A stretch of DNA of 64,000 bases, from the NCBI GenBank assembly GCA_964016885.1, contig OZ024747.1:86056001-86120000 (forward strand), written 5' to 3'. A program made the translations under genes and the position numbers. The notes below the pieces were generated by a model. It saw only the letters and a program-made list of their open reading frames with translations, searched no databases and was not told the DNA's origin. The stretch comes from Eledone cirrhosa (lineage: Eukaryota). This document shows positions 1 to 13,200 of this stretch, one piece after another (position 1 is the first letter of the stretch; each line of letters starts with the position of its first letter).

Positions 1-295
1 GGGTGTACTGTGACAGATTCAGTGACAGAAGACCAACGGAGACTGGGGTGTACTGTGACAGATTCAGTGACAGAAGACCAACGGAGACTGGGGTGTACTG
101 TGACAGATTAGGTGACAGACGACCAGGAGAGACTGGGGTGTACTGTGACAGATTCAGTGACAGACGACCAAGAGAGACTGGGGTGTACTGTGACAGATTC
201 AGTGACAGAAGACCAAGAGAGACTGGGGTGTACTGTGACAGATTCAGTGACAGAAGACCATGGTAGACTGGGGTAGACTGTGAGTGACAGATTCA
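1..295. repeat. 45-bp minisatellite, ~6 copies, running off the window start
   Basis: Unit gggtgtactgtgacagattcagtgacagaagaccaa(c/g)(g/a)gagactg starts at 1, 46, 91, 136, 181 and 226, then decays. Confidence 0.95.
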
Positions 296-554
296 AGGAC
301 TGAATAACATGATAGACTGGGGTGCATTGCCAGCGGCAAAACAAGTGGTGGCAGATCAAAATAGATTGTAGTGTAGAGTGATCTACGAAAATATCCAGAA
401 ATAAAAACAAAACGTTCAACACCAGATTGAGAGGGACAATCATATACAAATGTATCCCTATCTGGAATGGATCTCCATCGATTTCGGCGATAAATGTTTT
501 CGTTATTCGATCAATTTAATGTCTTGATTAATGTGGAAGTTAATGGTTATTTCG

Positions 555-806
555 CTGACGGGTGTATCCTTAACGTAAATCTCAGGGAGATTCACCATAA
601 CGCAATGAGTGACAAGGCCGGCCCTTGGAATTACATCTACAGTCAATCCGAAGGGCTTCCAAGAAGTTTCCGCCACTAGCATTACCCAAAATCAAAGCAC
701 GGGTGTGTGGAATACTCAGTCATATACACGTTAATATAACCAGTCGCCTCTTCCGTTAATCAAACAAATAGATCCCTTGTCGTTAGAACCGACGGAGGTG
801 CAACAC
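555..806. mobile_element. Degenerate SINE body/3' fragment
   Basis: Shares cacg.gt.tgt.gaat..tca...ttccgt...gtcgt..accgacggag with the SINE at 37470-37820. Confidence 0.5.
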
Positions 807-1027
807 ATAAGTATGTGTGTATGTGTATGGGTGTGTGTATATGTGAATGTGTGTATGTATGCTTATATGTGTATGGTATGCATATGTGTATATGTGTATG
901 TGTATGTGTTGTAAAGCTCAGCGCTTTTGTGTATGTTTACGAAGCTTTATGTGTATGCATGCGTCTCTAAGTGTTCAAGCTTTGCACGTGTGTGAGAATG
1001 TCTGTGTGTTCGACATGCTGTTATTCC

Positions 1028-1134
<107 letters not shown>

Positions 1135-1184
1135 ATATGTATGTCTTCGTGCGTGTGTGTATTAATATATATATATATATATAC

Positions 1185-2048
<864 letters not shown>

Positions 2049-2288
2049 AAAAATAATTTTGAGATAGAGTGCTCGTGATTTTTGCTCTAACCACGTGCAC
2101 TCTATCTCAAAATTATTTTTGAAAAGCATAAGAAATGTGCAACCGGTAAAAACTTAAAACTAAAACTGAATACTAACCAATACTTATTACTAATTTATAT
2201 TTATTCCTAATTAAACTATTTTTCACTGGGAAAAATTTGTCAACATTTTCTTTTCCTTTTTACTAATATATCACAACTCGTGTTGTAA

Positions 2289-2289
<1 letters not shown>
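2049..2289 (+). mobile_element. Probable PLE terminal fragment: long hairpin followed by a hammerhead 3' half
   Basis: aaaaataattttgagatagagtgc/gcactctatctcaaaattattttt stem, immediately followed by GAAA-agca-TA-agaaa; ends in (TA)n. Confidence 0.5.
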
Positions 2290-2337
<48 letters not shown>

Positions 2338-2340
<3 letters not shown>

Positions 2341-2716
2341 TAGCTGCCAACTCGTTTTCGAGTACGGCCACTACTTTATATCCATGTAGGAGAACCCCTA
2401 CCGATGCGCTGAACGGGTGTGACTTTTTAGTCCAGCCAGCGAGTTGAAAACTCTGGTACAAACACTACACTTGTGACAATTATTGACACATGGTGCTGGG
2501 CCCATGGTACCATGTGATGACAAGTGCAGAGAGATCTCCAGATATAAAGCAATGCCTGTGCCGTGAAGCTTTTATAGTGAGCAAAGGCACTGCACAAAGC
2601 CAGTCCCACTCTCTTAACCAAGATGATATTTACCAAAAAGAAGAACAAGTCAACATCAGAGATGACCCCTTAGCCTTTGTCAGGGCAGAATTCTAGGAGA
2701 AGGAAAACTCTGATAT
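2338..2716 (-). mobile_element. Family G non-autonomous retroposon copy with 5' inversion
   Basis: 2338-2658 is the reverse complement of the family 3' part (48076-48394); 2659-2716 matches the upstream part (47991-48047) in + orientation. Confidence 0.8.
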
Positions 2717-2732
2717 ATATATATATGGATAT

Positions 2733-2792
<60 letters not shown>

Positions 2793-2814
2793 ACACATAT
2801 ATATATATGTATAT

Positions 2815-2889
<75 letters not shown>

Positions 2890-2945
2890 TATACATACAT
2901 ACATATATATATATGGATATGTATATGTATATATATATATATAGT

Positions 2946-3065
2946 GAAGGCGTGTGGCTGAGTGGTTAGAGAATTGGATTCGCAATCGTAAGGTTGTGAG
3001 TTCGATTCCTGGACCAGGCGATGCGTTATGTCCTTGAGCAAGACACTTTATTTCACGTTGCTCCT
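2946..3065 (+). mobile_element. tRNA-derived SINE head
   Basis: A box tggctgagtgg, B box gttcgattcc, then tgtccttgagcaagacactttatttcac as in 37470-37580. Confidence 0.8.
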
Positions 3066-3317
3066 TCTACCTGGAGTTGCGACCGATAGATAGTATTAGC
3101 AATTGGAAAGACCAACGGAAACATTGTTCCCTCGGTCCGATTTGACGAAAGTCGATCGTTCCTTAAAATATATATATATATTTATATGCAAAGTTTTATT
3201 TAAATTGTTGGGTTAACAACGAGTAAATATTTATAACTGATATAAAAGCACTCAACAAGTATTTCGAGTATATTTACGATATTAAATAAATGGAAACTAT
3301 ATTTATAAAACCATATT

Positions 3318-3383
3318 TATTTCATTATATATATTTCAGGGATATCATATTAAAAATATGTTATGCCTTCTTCAGACAAAATA
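3318..3383 (-). ncRNA. Type I hammerhead ribozyme (family A)
   Basis: Reverse complement of 5467-5532. Confidence 0.7.
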
Positions 3384-5186
3384 CAATATAAACAGTCTTA
3401 TAAATAGATAGATTCGACATACCTTTCAACTTCGACTTCTATTTGAAAAGTTGATTTGGTAGTGAAAAAATATTAGGGACAGTTATAAAAAGAAAGAAAG
3501 AAAAACGAAGAAAAAGAAGAAATGCATGCAACTAAATAGAGAGAGATAGATATAGAGAGATAGATATAGAGAAGAAATTCATGTGAAGAAACAGAGAGAG
3601 ATATATAGAGAGAGGAAAAAACACAGAGGGAGATAGATAGAGAGAGAGAGAGAGAGAAGAGAGGAGAGAGAGAAAGAGAGAGAGAGAAAATATAGAGAGA
3701 TAGATATAGATAGAGATAGAGAGAAAAAAACTAGGGAGTTGAGCACCAGTTGAATGACGTATCAATGATATATTTATTTATTTATTTATTTATTTAGCTC
3801 TAGTATTAATGTAGAGAGAGATATATGTGGTTAAGAGAGAAAACAGCCGTTACATAGAGAGAAAAGAAAAATATCCAGACAAAAACGAGGCAGAATTAAA
3901 CACTATGTTTCATCAATGTAAAAAATATTTCATCAATGTAAAAAATATCAATTCGTATAAAACAGGCATTATAATGTAAATACCAGTATCCATGAATGAG
4001 ACACGTATCAATAATGTGTGAAAAATAATGATCATATGTCTAGTTTAAAATTCCAAGGTTTATATTAGAGTTGAGATAAAATAGAAGGTTATCCCAGATT
4101 TTATACTATATACATCCATGTGAATTTACGAATCTTTCGATTCCTTTTTATTTTAAACACTCTTCATGAATAATTAAACTACCCTAAAAGCTGATGCTCC
4201 AAATATATCGAATAAATTTTACACTAGATAAACTTCTATATTAAATATAAGACCATCTGTAGATCAAATGGGTATCCTAAACTTTTGGAATGTTTTCTGC
4301 TAGACAGGATTTGGTAAATAATTTTGGTTTTGTTTGCTTTTGATTCTGATGCTTATAACGAACTTGGCAATATATTGTCAATTAACTTTGAAGGGTTGAT
4401 CTCTGTGGTTGATTTGCGGGGCATACTATGTTTTATTTTTATTTTAATATTTGTAATATTTTTAATATTTTTATTTTTAATATTTTTTTGATTTTTTGTT
4501 TTTTATTTACTTTTTGTTTCTGATATTTTTATCGATATATTGATATCTGTTCTCTATTTGTGCTTGAACGATAATCATGTAGAGTAAAGGCATGAATAGT
4601 ATTGTTAAAATTAATGTAGACTCTATATATATTTGTGTGTATGTACACATATATGTATACTTAAATTTTTATAGCACAATGAGAATGTTTTCGTGTGAGA
4701 TAGGAATTTGCAGAGCTGATCACGTAAATTCACATGGATGTATATAGTATAAAATCTGGGATAACCTTCTATTTATCTCAACTCTAATATAAACCTTGGA
4801 ATTTTAAACTAGACATATGATCATTATTTTTCACACATTATTGATACATGTCTCATTCATGGATACTGGTATTTACATTATAATGCCTGTTTTATACGAA
4901 TTGATATTTTTTACATTGATGAAATATTTTTTACATTGATGAAACATAGTGTTTAATTCTGCCTCGTTTTTGTCTGGATATTTTTCTTTTCTCTCTATGT
5001 AACGGCTGTTTTCTCTCTTAACCACATATATCTCTCTCTACATTAATACTAGAGCTAAATAAATAAATAAATAAATAAATATATCATTGATACGTCATTC
5101 AACTGGTGCTCAACTACCTAGTTTTTTTCTCTCTATCTCTATCTATATCTATCTCTCTATATTTTCTCTCTCTCTCTCTCCTCTCT

Positions 5187-5219
<33 letters not shown>

Positions 5220-5466
5220 CCCTCTGTGTTTTTCCCTCTCTCTATATATCTCTCTCTGTTTCTTCACATGAATTTCTTCTCTATATCTATCTCTCTATAT
5301 CTATCTCTCTCTATTTAGTTGCATGCATTTCTTCTTTTTCTTCGTTTTTCTTTCTTTCTTTTTATAACTGTCCCTAATATTTTTTCACTACCAAATCAAC
5401 TTTTCAAATAGAAGTCGAAGTTGAAAGGTATGTCGAATCTATCTATTTATAAGACTGTTTATATTG

Positions 5467-5532
5467 TATTTTGTCTGAAGAAGGCATAACATATTTTTAA
5501 TATGATATCCCTGAAATATATATAATGAAATA
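5467..5532 (+). ncRNA. Type I hammerhead ribozyme (family A)
   Basis: tattttgt-CTGAAGA-agg...cct-GAAA-tatata-TA-atgaaata; stem I 8 bp with two GU pairs, palindromic stem III. Confidence 0.72.
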
Positions 5533-5640
5533 AATATGGTTTTATAAATATAGTTTCCATTTATTTAATATCGTATATATATTTATATATATATATATAT
5601 TTATATATATACATATATATGGATATATATATATATATAT

Positions 5641-6158
5641 AAATGGAAAAGAATGAAACGAAATTTCATTTCTCACTCTTAGTACGGCTGGTACTTAAAT
5701 GTAAGTATGTATGTATACGTACATACATATATGTATACAGACGTACAGTAGTATGTATATATATACATACATGCACATTCCATTTATCGTTTTCGGTACG
5801 CCCAGCCGACTAACTCACTCGATATGCAAATTAGGCTGCTCAGTCGTTAATATGAATAAGGAAAGTATATACTTTCAGACGTTCAACCATCTGACAGAAA
5901 GGTATACGATGCTGACGATAGCTAATAAGCTTGAAACTAGTACATCGTTCCTGTGTCAGTGTTGAACAAAAAGGTGTCGATGGTTGCCTGAACACTGTAC
6001 GGCGTAATTCGGACTGTTTGTTTACAAACAAACCGAGCATTATAATAAATGTTCAGTAAACCGATACGTATATATATATATATGTGTGCATGTATGTATA
6101 TATATACATACTACTGTACGTCTGTATACATATATGTATGTACGTATATATACATACT

Positions 6159-6160
<2 letters not shown>
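5641..6160 (+). mobile_element. Family E hammerhead-containing non-coding retroelement (retrozyme-like)
   Basis: Homologous to 38364-38940; segment 5641-5775 is inverted relative to 6085-6160. Confidence 0.75.
5906..5948 (+). ncRNA. Minimal type I hammerhead ribozyme (family E)
   Basis: acgatg-CTGACGA-tagc taataa gctt-GAAAC-ta-GTA-catcgt: perfect 6-bp stem I, intact core, palindromic ACUAGU stem III. Confidence 0.88.
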
Positions 6161-6190
<30 letters not shown>

Positions 6191-6494
6191 ATATTATATA
6201 TATATATACGTATATCCATGTATATATATATATATGGATATACGTATATGTATGGCTGTGTCTGTGTGTATGCCATCCGTCAGTAACAACAGCACCAGCA
6301 AGCAGTATACAGCAGCAGTAATAACATCTTCAACAGCAACAGCAGCAGAAGAAGCTGGCAATGCACGCAATCACCTTTGACCGAAATGCGCCAGTTGTAG
6401 TGTATTCTGTTCAATTGTCTCTTATTGATTGGTTGGTATCTTACAGGCGAGGTTATAGAGTGCAATTTCGCACGTTGGCAGCACTCACGCACAC

Positions 6495-6608
6495 GATCTC
6501 TTTCTCTGTCTCTCTCTCTCTCTCAGACACACACACTTTCTCTCTCTCCCTCAGACACACACACACACACTTTCTCTCTCTCTCTCTCAGACACACACGC
6601 ACACACTT

Positions 6609-6641
<33 letters not shown>

Positions 6642-6827
6642 TTCTCTCTCTCTCTCAGACACACACACACACACACACTTTCTCTCTCTCTCTCTCTCAG
6701 ACACACACACACACACTTTCTCTCTCTCTCTCTCAGACACACACACACACACACACTTTCTCTCTCTCTCTCAGACACACACACACACACTTTCTCTCTC
6801 TATCTCTCGCTCGCTAAGCACTATCTT

Positions 6828-6865
<38 letters not shown>

Positions 6866-7021
6866 TCTCTTTCTCCCACACATATAATCTTCCTCTCTCT
6901 CCCCCTCTCTCTCTCACACACACACACACTTTCTCTCCGTCTCCCTCTCTCGCTCTTTCTCTCTCTCTCGCAGTCTTTCTCTCCATCTCTCTCTCACACA
7001 CACACACTCTTTCTCTCTCTC

Positions 7022-7078
<57 letters not shown>

Positions 7079-7213
7079 AGCTATCCATCTATCTTACTTT
7101 CTCTCCCCCCTCACCTCTCTGTCGTCGATATATTTTACAGCAGCATCATCCTTTACTCTCGTGATGTGTGTGTGTCACACCATGATTTTTGTGTGTATGT
7201 GTGCGCGTGCGTG

Positions 7214-7245
<32 letters not shown>

Positions 7246-7660
7246 TGTATGTATGTATGTATGTATGTATGTATGCATGCATGTATGTATGTGTGTATGT
7301 ATGTATGTATGTATGTATGTATGTATGTATGTATGTATGCATGTATGTATGTGTGTATATATGTATGTATGTATGTATGTATGTGTGTATATGTGTATGT
7401 ATGTATGTATGTATGTATGTATGTATGTATGTATGTATGATGTATGTATGTATGTATGTGTGTATGTATGTATGTATGTATGTATGTATGTATGTATGTA
7501 TGTATGTATGTGTGTATGTATGTGTGTATGTATGATTGTATGTATGTATGTATGTATGTGTGTATGTATGTGTGTATGTATGATTGTATGTATGTATGTA
7601 TGTATGTATGTATGTATGTATGTATGCATGCATGTATTCATGCATGCATGTATGTATGTT
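6495..7660. repeat. Compound (CT)n(CA)n and (TATG)n microsatellites
   Basis: Directly visible. Confidence 0.95.
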
Positions 7661-7674
7661 TTATATTAGAGTAG

Positions 7675-8305
7675 CCCTCTCCTAGAGAGATGTCTTAATG
7701 AAGACTAGAAGTCTCTCATTCCACAAAAACAAAAAAACAAAAAGAAGGCCACTCTGATATAAAAACCTGCGACTAGGTTTCCATCCAATGATGTTGACCA
7801 GTTCTTTTTGGGCAAATGTATTCGATGTTCAGAGAGAGGGATTGGCCCCGTGCCAAGCCTCTCCTTACCTAAAAAAATTTCAAGCACAGGTATCGCTTGA
7901 TATGTGACATTCTTTGGCGATGTATGGCATTGCTGGCCACAGGCAAGTCCCTAGCAGGACTAAAAAGCCACGTCCGTGATGTTTATGCTTAACTATCAAG
8001 CGATGGCATTACACGAAATCGAGTTGCTGTCATCAAAAGTGTGTAAATATGTATATACACATGTACCGCGCGGTTAAACCACTGGGAGTGAAGGACCCCT
8101 AGCCTTTGTCAGCGCATTCTTCTAGGAGAAGGCAACTCAGGAAACTGGGATAACTCCGATATAGAACCTGCGGCTCAGTAGTTACCGATGATGTTGATCT
8201 TTTCTTCTTTTCGGGTTATAGCTACTGTCGCTCGGGGAGTGGGATTGGCTCAGTGCACAGTCTTTCCTCACTTTAAAAAAATCTTCACGCACAGGTATTG
8301 CACGA
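7675..8305 (+). mobile_element. Two diverged relatives of family G
   Basis: ctctgatataaaacctgcg, ccaatgatgttgac, gggattggc and tcgagttgc motifs shared with 47787-48394 and 50405-50757. Confidence 0.65.
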
Positions 8306-8989
8306 TAGAATTAATTAATAATTTTTAATAATGGTATATCGTGCAATGGCCATACTCAATAACGAGGGGGCAGCCATCATCATGTATGGATGCATATATG
8401 TATGTATGTATGCATATATGTATGTATGTATGTATGTTTAGATGTGCGTGTGTGTGTTTGTTTACATGTGTGTGTGTATTTGTTTGTGTGTGTGTGTGTG
8501 CGTATGTGTCCTTTTCTCCATGTATGCGTATTGTTGTTGTTTATCTTCATGTCGACCCTGATCAAGGGGAAGAATGATCAAAGGCTCTCCAGCCATGACC
8601 AACTCATTGCATTCAGGGCTACATCATCTAATGTGCCCTTCCCTTTTTAAAGAGTGTACGATGTGAGTAAAGAGAACTGGCTGCTATTTCTAACAGGTCA
8701 AACCACTATATAGATATTTCTCTGTGTAGTTTTATGTATTACCTATTTAGCTGTGACCCTTGCTGCACGTTCTGATATGCGCTGGAGCATTGGATAGCGT
8801 GCATTTCCGTAGATACTGTATATTCTAACATGCACTGGTGCATTGTAGTGCATGTAGTAAGTCTGGACAGATTACACTGTCTCCGTGCACTCCCGTTGAT
8901 ACTGCACCTTTTGACATGAACTGGTGCATTCTATAGTGTGCAGTATGTCTGGGCATGTTGCAGTCCCGAAAATACCGCACAGTCAGACA

Positions 8990-10285
8990 CCATCATAACT
9001 GTTAGCAACAACACCGACAACATCACAACAGCAACAACACCAACATCAGCAACAACAGCAACAACAGCAACATCACAACAATAGTAACATCACAACAGCA
9101 ACAAGAGCAACAACACAACAGCAACAACACCAACATCATCATAACAGCAACAACACCAACATCAGCAACAACAGCAACAACAGCAACATCACAACAATAG
9201 TAACATCACAACAGCAACAAGAGCAACAACACAACAGCAACAACAGCAACAACACCAACATCATCATAACAGCAACAACACCAACATCATTACAACACCA
9301 ACAACAACACAAGACCAACAACACCAACCTCATCACAACACCAACAACACCAACATCATTACAACACCAACATCACAACAGCAACAACACCAACATCATC
9401 ATAACAGCAACAACACCAACATCATCACAACATCATCACAACAACAATATCATCACAACACCAACATCACCACAACAGCAACAACAGCAACATCACCACC
9501 ACACTATCACAACAGCAACACCAACATCACAACAACATCAACACAACAGCAATACCAACATCATCACAGCAGCAACACCAATATCACAACAACATCACCA
9601 CAACAGCAACATCACCACAGCAGCAACACCAACATCACAACAACAGCAACACCAACATCACAACATCAACACAACAGCAACACCAACATCACAACAACAT
9701 CACCACAACAGCAACACCAACATCACAACAACATCACCACAACAGCAACACCAACATCACAACAACAGCAACACCAACATCACAACATCAACACAACAGC
9801 AACACCAACATCACAACATCAACACAACAGCAACACCAACATCACAACAACATCACCACAACAGCAACACCAACATCACAACAACATCACCACAACATCA
9901 ACACCAACATCACCACAACAGCAATACCAACATCAACACAACAGCAACACCAACATCACAACAACATCACCACAACAGCAACACCAACATCACAACAACA
10001 GCAACACCAACATCAACACAACAGCAACACCAACATCACAACATCAACACAACAGCAACACCAACATCACAACAACATCAACACAACAGCAACACCAACA
10101 TCACAACAACATCACCACAACAGCAACACCAACATCACCACAACAGCAACACCAACATCACAACAACAGCAACACCAATATCAACACAACAGCAACACCA
10201 ACATCACAACAACATCAACACAACAGCACCAACAACATCAACACAACATCCTCACAATAGCAATATCATCATAACAGCAACAACA
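8990..10285. repeat. CAA/CAC/CAG/CAT-triplet low-complexity satellite
   Basis: acaacagcaacaccaacatc-type units. Confidence 0.95.
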
Positions 10286-13200
10286 ATGTTGTTGTTGTTG
10301 CTGTTGGTGTTGTAGTAGTTGTTGTTGGTGGTGGTGGTGTTGGCGTAGTAGTTGTTGGTGGTGTTGGTGGTGGTGTAGTAGTTGTTGTTGTTGTTGGTGG
10401 TGGTGGTGTAGTAGTTGTTGTTGTTGGTGGTGTTGGTGTAGTAGTTGTTGGTGGTGGTGGTGTTGGTGTAGTAGCTGTTGGTGGTGTTGGTGTTGGTGTA
10501 GTAGTTGTTGTTGGTGGTGGTGTTGGTGTTGGTGTTGGTGTAGTAGTTGTTGTTGGTGGTGGTGCTGTAGTTGTTGTTGGTGGTGGTGGTGGTGCTGTAG
10601 TTGTTGGTGCTGGTGGTGGTGGTGCTGTAGTTGTTGGTGGTGGTGGTGGTGCTGTAGTTGTTGGTGGTGGTGGTGGTGCTGTAGTTGTTGGTGCTGGTGG
10701 TGGTGGTGCTGTAGTTGTTAGTGGTGGTGGTGGTGTTGCTGTAGTTGTTAGTGGTGGTGGTGGTGCTGTAGTTGTTGTTGGTGGTGGTGGTGCTGTAGTT
10801 GTTGGTGGTGGTGGTGGTGCTGTAGTTGTTAGTGGTGGTGGTGGTGGTGTAGTTGTTAGTGTGCTGGTGGTGCTGTAGTTGTTAGTGGTGGTGGTGGTGC
10901 TGTAGTTGTTAGTGTGGTGGTGGTGCTGTAGTTGTTGGTGGTGGTGGTGTTGCTGTAGTTGTTAGTGGTGGTGGTGGTGCTGTAGTTGTTAGTGGTGGTG
11001 GTGGTGCTGTAGTTGTTAGTGGTGGTGGTGGTGCTGTAGTTGTTGGTGGTGGTGGTGGTGCTGTAGTTGTTGGTGGTGGTGGTGGTGCTGTAGTTGTTAG
11101 TGGTGGTGGTGGTGCTGTAGTTGTTGGTGGTGGTGGTGGTGCTGTAGTTGTTGTTGGTGGTGGTGGTGGTGCTGTAGTTGTTAGTGGTGGTGGTGGTGCT
11201 GTAGTTGTTGGTGGTGGTGGTGGTGCTGTAGTTGTTAGTGGTGGTGGTGGTGCTGTAGTTGTTGGTGGTGGTGGTGGTGCTGTAGTTGTTGTTGGTGGTG
11301 GTGGTGGTGCTGTAGTTGTTAGTGGTGGTGGTGGTGCTGTAGTTGTTGGTGGTGGTGGTGGTGCTGTAGTTGTTGGTGGTGGTGGTGGTGCTGTAGTTGT
11401 TAGTGGTGGTGGTGGTGCTGTAGTTGTTGGTGGTGGTGGTGGTGCTGTAGTTGTTGGTGGTGGTGGTGGTGGTGCTGTAGTTGTTGGTGGTGGTGGTGGT
11501 GCTGTAGTTGTTAGTGGTGGTGGTGGTGCTGTAGTTGTTGGTGGTGGTGGTGGTGCTGTAGTTGTTGTTGTTGGTGGTGGTGGTGCTGTAGTTGTTAGTG
11601 GTGGTGGTGGTGCTGTAGTTGTTAGTGGTGGTGGTGGTGCTGTAGTTGTTGGTGGTGGTGGTGTTGCTGTAGTTGTTGGTGGTGGTGGTGGTGCTGTAGT
11701 TGTTAGTGGTGGTGGTGGTGCTGTAGTTGTTGTTGGTGGTGGTGGTGGTGCTGTAGTTGTTGTTGGTGGTGGTGGTGGTGCTGTAGTTGTTGGTGGTGGT
11801 GGTGGTGGTGCTGTAGTTGTTGGTGGTGGTGGTGGTGCTGTAGTTGTTAGTGGTGGTGGTGGTGCTGTAGTTGTTGGTGGTGGTGGTGGTGGTGCTGTAG
11901 TTGTTGGTGGTGGTGGTGGTGCTGTAGTTGTTAGTGGTGGTGGTGGTGCTGTAGTTGTTGGTGGTGGTGGTGGTGCTGTAGTTGTTGGTGGTGGTGGTGG
12001 TGCTGTAGTTGTTAGTGGTGGTGGTGGTGCTGTAGTTGTTGGTGGTGGTGGTGGTGGTGCTGTAGTTGTTGGTGGTGGTGGTGGTGCTGTAGTTGTTAGT
12101 GGTGGTGGTGGTGCTGTAGTTGTTGGTGGTGGTGGTGGTGCTGTAGTTGTTGTTGTTGGTGGTGGTGGTGCTGTAGTTGTTAGTGGTGGTGGTGGTGCTG
12201 TAGTTGTTAGTGGTGGTGGTGGTGCTGTAGTTGTTGGTGGTGGTGGTGTTGCTGTAGTTGTTGGTGGTGGTGGTGGTGCTGTAGTTGTTAGTGGTGGTGG
12301 TGGTGCTGTAGTTGTTGGTGCTGGTGGTGGTGGTGCTGTAGTTGTTAGTGGTGGTGGTGGTGCTGTAGTTGTTGTTGGTGGTGGTGGTGGTGTAGTTGTT
12401 AGTGGTGGTGGTGGTGGTGTAGTTGTTAGTGTGCTGGTGGTGCTGTAGTTGTTAGTGGTGGTGGTGGTGCTGTAGTTGTTAGTGTGGTGGTGGTGCTGTA
12501 GTTGTTGGTGGTGGTGGTGTTGCTGTAGTTGTTAGTGGTGGTGGTGGTGCTGTAGTTGTTGGTGCTGGTGGTGCTGTAGTTGTTAGTGGTGGTGGTGGTG
12601 CTGTAGTTGTTGGTGGTGGTGGTGGTGCTGTAGTTGTTGTTGGTGGTGGTGTAGTTGTTAGTGGTGGTGGTGGTGCTGTAGTTGGTGCTGGTGGTGGTGG
12701 TGCTGTAGTTGTTGGTGTTGGTGGTGGTGCTGTAGTTGTTAGTGGTGGTGGTGCTGTAGTTGTTGTTGGTGGTGGTGTAGTTGTTGGTGCTGGTGGTGGT
12801 GGTGCTGTAGTTGTTAGTGGTGGTGGTGGTGCTGTAGTTGTTGTTGGTGGTGGTGGTGGTGTAGTTGTTAGTGTGCTGGTGGTGCTGTAGTTGTTAGTGG
12901 TGGTGGTGCTGTAGTTGTTAGTGGTGGTGGTGCTGTAGTTGTTGTTAGTGGTGGTGGTGGTGCTGTAGTTGTTAGTGGTGGTGGTGTTGCTGTAGTTGTT
13001 GGTGGTGGTGGTGGTGGTGCTGTAGTTGTTGTTGGTGGTGGTGGTGCTGTAGTTGTTAGTGTGGTGGTGGTGCTGTAGTTGTTAGTGTGGTGGTGGTGCT
13101 GTAGTTGTTAGTGGTGGTGGTGGTGGTGCTGTAGTTGTTGCTGGTGGTGGTGGTGCTGTAGTTGTTAGTGGTGGTGGTGGTGCTGTAGTTGTTGTTGGTG

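Larger units (their letters stand above)
3187..5574 (+). mobile_element. Non-coding PLE family A copy: inverted terminal repeat plus 3' region
   Basis: 3276-4129 is the reverse complement of 4722-5574; 4131-5574 is homologous to the 3' region 31422-32819 of the coding PLE. Confidence 0.88.

Noticed and set aside
1-266. 45-bp repeat as a CRISPR array or a 15-aa repeat protein
   Set aside because: No unique spacers, eukaryotic context and no splice or coding support
2946-3020. tRNA gene
   Set aside because: Has A/B boxes but no proper cloverleaf, and continues into a SINE body
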